From an uncultured Thermococci archaeon (GTDB lineage Archaea > Methanobacteriota_B > Thermococci > Thermococcales > Thermococcaceae), in contig CAZTOS010000044.1 of assembly GCA_964615185.1 (NCBI GenBank), forward strand, positions 9,684 to 19,916: DNA of 10,233 bases, read 5' to 3'. The translations under genes were made by a program, and so were the position numbers. The notes under the pieces were generated by a model. That model was not told where the DNA came from. It saw only the letters and a list, made by a program, of their open reading frames with translations, and ran no database searches. Below are positions 7,606 to 10,233 of the stretch, one piece after another (position 1 is the first letter of the stretch; each line of letters begins with the position of its first letter).

Positions 7606-7995
7606 TCAGTCCAAATATTTATAATTTGCTGAAACTGAAAATAACAAAAGCCATGCCATGATGGAAGGACTAACTACAATCATTATAACTATCATGAGAA
7701 GTATCACTATTACTATTGCGAAAAGCCATGCTATTATTGCTTTGCCCCAGTCTGTGTTAAAGACTGTCTTAATGATCCAAAGGAACGCTATAAGTCCCAG
7801 TAATCGTCCAATATGTGGTATTATCGCCCCAATAACTGCCGAGACTATAAGTCCCCCAAGTGCCGCAATGAATGCCTTCCCAAAACTTGCGTCTTCAATT
7901 TTTGCAAACTTGGCACCCAACCATAGAAATACTGAATCTATTACCACTGCAATCAAAAATATGAGTATTGCCATTAGTCCAGTTGGGGGCATCAT
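7606..7995 (-). CDS. Small hydrophobic membrane protein (about 4 TM), function unknown
   Basis: 129 aa, almost all hydrophobic, with an internal repeat SFGKAFIAAL / DWGKAIIAWL. BRE/TATA-like GAAAGTTAATAAAC upstream (8039-8026, minus). Confidence 0.8.
   Translation of the reverse strand: MMPPTGLMAILIFLIAVVIDSVFLWLGAKFAKIEDASFGKAFIAALGGLIVSAVIGAIIPHIGRLLGLIAFLWIIKTVFNTDWGKAIIAWLFAIVIVILLMIVIMIVVSPSIMAWLLLFSVSANYKYLD
7616..7631 (-). promoter_or_regulatory. Probable promoter for the 6941-7591 gene, embedded in the 3' end of the upstream ORF
   Basis: Minus strand TCAGCAAA then TTATAAATA (7624-7616), 24 nt before ATG 7591; no strong RBS, suggesting a leaderless transcript. Confidence 0.5.
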
Positions 7996-8105
7996 TAATC
8001 ATCTTTCAAGATAAACACCTTTAACGTTTATTAACTTTCCCAAATTTGAAGAAAGCTTTGCGAAAAAGCTTTAAGCATTCTTTCTTAGGTGTTGAGGGGA
8101 TTAAA

Positions 8106-8900
8106 ATGCTCGAATCAATAAGGGAATTTCTTTGGATTTACTTCATTAAGCCTATGTACACGAGAGAAGGCTATAACCCCTACAATACGCTCGTATATGC
8201 GTTTCTCCTCGGTTTAGGCGTCATATATTCTTACAAATATATAATCAAACCCCTCAAGATCAAAGTTGATGAAAAGCTCTTCTGGGCTGTTACTCCCATG
8301 GTTGTCTTTGGAGCAACTGTCAGAGCATTAGTTGATGGCGGAGTGCTGAAGCCAAATCCTCTGATTTTAACACCCGGAATATTTTTCACGGCATTTTTCC
8401 TGATTGTTCCCGCTTTAATATCCGATGCAAAGCTGAAAACATACCCAAAAGTCACGATAGCTTGGGGCACGATTTTGGCATTATATGCAAATTACCTCCT
8501 TGTGACACACGTTAAAAGCTGGAAGCCGTATGAACTCACGATTTTCTGGACGGTAGTTTTTATACTCCCAGTTCTTGTTTTCTATAAGTTTAAGCCCTTT
8601 GAGAAACTCTACTTATACCCCGTCTTAGCTCACCTCTTTGACATAGGCTCAACAGTTGTGGCAATACATTATTACGGCTACAGAGAAGTACACTGGCTTG
8701 AAAACATCCTCGTTACAAAATTTGGAGCATTCATTTACTATCCCTGGATACTGGTCATCCTAATAGTCGTTTATTATGGTCTAAAATATCTGGTACTCAA
8801 CGAGGAAGAAAGAAGATACTGGTATCTGGCAATTTACATTCTCGGCTTAGGCCCAGCGATAAGAGACCCAGCGCAGATGATTTTACAGCTTGCAGGTTAG
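8106..8900 (+). CDS. DUF63 family archaeal multi-pass membrane protein, 264 aa
   Basis: GYNPYNTLVYA, VRALVDGG, LILTPGIFF, AHLFD, GYREVH, ILGLGPAIRD match the DUF63 pattern. ATG 8106 has GAGGG RBS at 8095-8099; CGAAAAAG-CTTTAAGC promoter at 8061-8076, so the 8046 start is too early. Confidence 0.88.
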   Translation: MLESIREFLWIYFIKPMYTREGYNPYNTLVYAFLLGLGVIYSYKYIIKPLKIKVDEKLFWAVTPMVVFGATVRALVDGGVLKPNPLILTPGIFFTAFFLIVPALISDAKLKTYPKVTIAWGTILALYANYLLVTHVKSWKPYELTIFWTVVFILPVLVFYKFKPFEKLYLYPVLAHLFDIGSTVVAIHYYGYREVHWLENILVTKFGAFIYYPWILVILIVVYYGLKYLVLNEEERRYWYLAIYILGLGPAIRDPAQMILQLAG

Positions 8901-9207
8901 TCTCTCTAACTTCCCCAATTTCTTGAGTTAATTTTTGGATATCAACGACCTCATAATTTGTCGGGATTACAAGGATATCCCTTAGATGATCCCTTTAATG
9001 TATATTCCCAGATAAGTTTTGAGTATAAACATTAATTCCTTCGCTGTCTCATCAAAATCATTAATTCTAACTTTACCTTTGATTTTAACCAAGCAATTAT
9101 ATAATCCGATTTTTTAATTCCTTGTTATTCCTTCCCCTTTCCTTAAATATTCCTTTGCACATTTTCACCATTTTAAGCTATGAGTTATTGTTCATTTCCA
9201 TCACCTC
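8897..9207 (-). pseudogene. Probable decayed gene, family unrecognised
   Basis: Canonical GAGGTGA RBS (9207-9201) and ATG 9195, then TAG after 5 codons. The purine-rich strand has protein-like segments split by stops and frameshifts: KCAKEYLRKGEGITRN* (9164-9114), KIGLYNCLVKIKGKVRINDFDETAKELMFILKTYLGIYIKGII* (9113-8982), and in another frame RDHLRDILVIPTNYEVVDIQKLTQEIGEVRE (from 8994). Confidence 0.4.
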
Positions 9208-9243
9208 GGTTTATTTTAAACCCATGATTCTGGTCAAAACTGT

Positions 9244-9274
9244 CCAGAAAATTTTAAATTATCTTCATATGAAG
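9244..9274 (+). promoter_or_regulatory. Promoter of the sufC/smsC operon with a downstream 12-bp palindrome
   Basis: CCAGAAAA-TTTTAAAT (9244-9259) ends 23 nt before ATG 9283; perfect palindrome CTTCATATGAAG at 9263-9274; no RBS. Confidence 0.55.
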
Positions 9275-9282
9275 TTTTCTCG

Positions 9283-9993
9283 ATGAAAATGCTCTGCCTG
9301 AGAGACATTGAATATTCAAGAGACGGCAGAAGAATCCTCCGCCCAATAAACATGACATTTAGGGAGGGAATAAGCTATTCGATACTCGGGCCGAACGGTG
9401 CTGGAAAGTCCACGATAGCCCGCATAGTAATAGGAGAGCTAAAGCCCACATCCGGTCAGGTCATTCTCGATGGCAAAGATATAACTGGGCTGAGCGTTAC
9501 GGAGAGGGCAAAGCTGGGAATAAGCATGGCTTGGCAAGAGCCGGCCCGCTACGAGGGCATAACCGTGAGGGACTACCTTACCCTCGGCGGGAAGCTCAAA
9601 ATCGAGGAGAATGAAATACGGGAAGCCCTTGAACTCGTCGGCATGTCCTATGAACTCTATGCCCATCGTTTTGTGGACAAAAGTTTGAGCGGTGGTGAAA
9701 GGAAGAGGATAGAGCTTGCATCGCTCCTCCTCCTGAAACCGAGGTATGCAATCCTTGATGAGCCCGACTCAGGTCTCGATATAACGGCAGGAGAGCTGAT
9801 AGAGCGTGTTCTCGACCGCTTTAGGAAGTGCGGCACCACCGTGATACTAATCACCCACCACGAGGGGATTGCACTCAAGACAGATTTTGCCTATTTCGTC
9901 TGTAGTGGAAGAATCATTAGGAGAGGCTTCTCGCGTGAGGTCGTTGACTACTATCGGAAGACCTGTAGGAGATGCTCCTTCGCGGAGGGCTGA
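9283..9993 (+). CDS. sufC: SufC-like Fe-S cluster assembly ATPase (SMS-type, SmsC), 236 aa
   Basis: GPNGAGKST; ERAKLGISMAWQEPARYEG (SufC-type Q-loop); LSGGERKRIE; ILDEPDSGLD; ITHH; C-terminal C207-X20-C228-X2-C231; followed directly by a SufB/D-like gene. Confidence 0.9.
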   Translation: MKMLCLRDIEYSRDGRRILRPINMTFREGISYSILGPNGAGKSTIARIVIGELKPTSGQVILDGKDITGLSVTERAKLGISMAWQEPARYEGITVRDYLTLGGKLKIEENEIREALELVGMSYELYAHRFVDKSLSGGERKRIELASLLLLKPRYAILDEPDSGLDITAGELIERVLDRFRKCGTTVILITHHEGIALKTDFAYFVCSGRIIRRGFSREVVDYYRKTCRRCSFAEG

Positions 9994-9995
9994 GG

Positions 9996-10233
9996 ATGAC
10001 GATAAAGATTAACCTTACCAGGGAATACGAGGCTTTAATTGAGGCTTACCAGCGGGAAGGCCTCGACACCTCTCTTTTCGGAGGCAGGATAGCTGCGATA
10101 ATCATCAGCGGGGACAGAATAATCGGCCTCAATAACGTTCCTGGGGTTGAGATAAAGGGCGAGGAGATTGAGAACGGGGTTAAGGCTGAAGTTAAAATCG
10201 CAGACAACGTTGAGCTTCCCTTTCCCATTCACC
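9996..10233 (+). CDS. sufB: SufB/SufD-family Fe-S scaffold protein (SmsB), 3'-truncated by window edge
   Basis: Not in the ORF track. ATG 9996 begins 3 nt after the sufC stop, with GGAGG RBS at 9984-9988. Open to the window end: MTIKINLTREYEALIEAYQREGLDTSLFGGRIAAIIISGDRIIGLNNVPGVEIKGEEIENGVKAEVKIADNVELPFPIH. The ...ELPFPIH stretch matches the PxH(L/M)C region of archaeal SufB-like N-termini. Confidence 0.82.
   Translation, partial: MTIKINLTREYEALIEAYQREGLDTSLFGGRIAAIIISGDRIIGLNNVPGVEIKGEEIENGVKAEVKIADNVELPFPIH

Noticed and set aside
8052..8072. Two AAAGCTTT palindromes upstream of DUF63
   Set aside because: The second is part of the BRE/TATA and the word is common in this AT-rich sequence.
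7225..8470. ORFs 7225-7458(+), 7658-8014(+), 8231-8470(-)
   Set aside because: Antisense to better-supported genes; the Ile/Thr/Ala-rich 7658-8014 is what the reverse complement of a hydrophobic gene produces.
9200..9282. SurR site (GTT-N3-AAC) upstream of the Fe-S operon
   Set aside because: Only a mismatched GGTCAAAAC (9232-9240) was found; no exact motif.
9439..10232. ORFs 9439-9666, 9657-9878, 10035-10232, 10046-10228 (-)
   Set aside because: Antisense to sufC and to the real + strand sufB-like gene starting at 9996.
1..10233. CRISPR arrays, tRNA/rRNA, IS elements, integrases, inteins
   Set aside because: No regularly spaced repeats, long GC-rich structured non-coding tracts, transposase/integrase motifs or in-frame insertions were seen by eye; small guide RNAs cannot be excluded without a covariance-model search.

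Overview
Archaeal chromosomal window, most consistent with Thermococcales (GGAGG/GAGGTGA RBSs, BRE+TATA promoters, gene content); the organism is inferred, not proven. In order: the 3' part of an S9 acylaminoacyl peptidase; a DUF1931 histone-fold protein; archaeal PEP carboxylase (ppcA); a MobA-like protein with degenerate catalytic motifs; a biotin uptake locus (bioY divergent from an HTH-BirA across a GTTAAC-N15-GTTAAC operator, followed by ECF ATPase and T genes); a stop-truncated secreted-protein remnant between birA and ecfA; a degenerate RecA/RadB-fold protein; a small membrane protein; a DUF63 membrane protein; an AT-rich spacer that looks like a decayed gene; and the start of a higher-GC SufC/SufB-like (SMS-type, C-X20-C-X2-C) Fe-S assembly operon. 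Its second gene, missing from the ORF track, runs off the window. No RNA genes, CRISPR arrays or mobile elements were seen. Most of the content is recognisable housekeeping. I found no clearly new multi-gene system; the best leads are the apparent pseudoenzymes, the sensor-like BirA and the compositionally distinct SMS operon.
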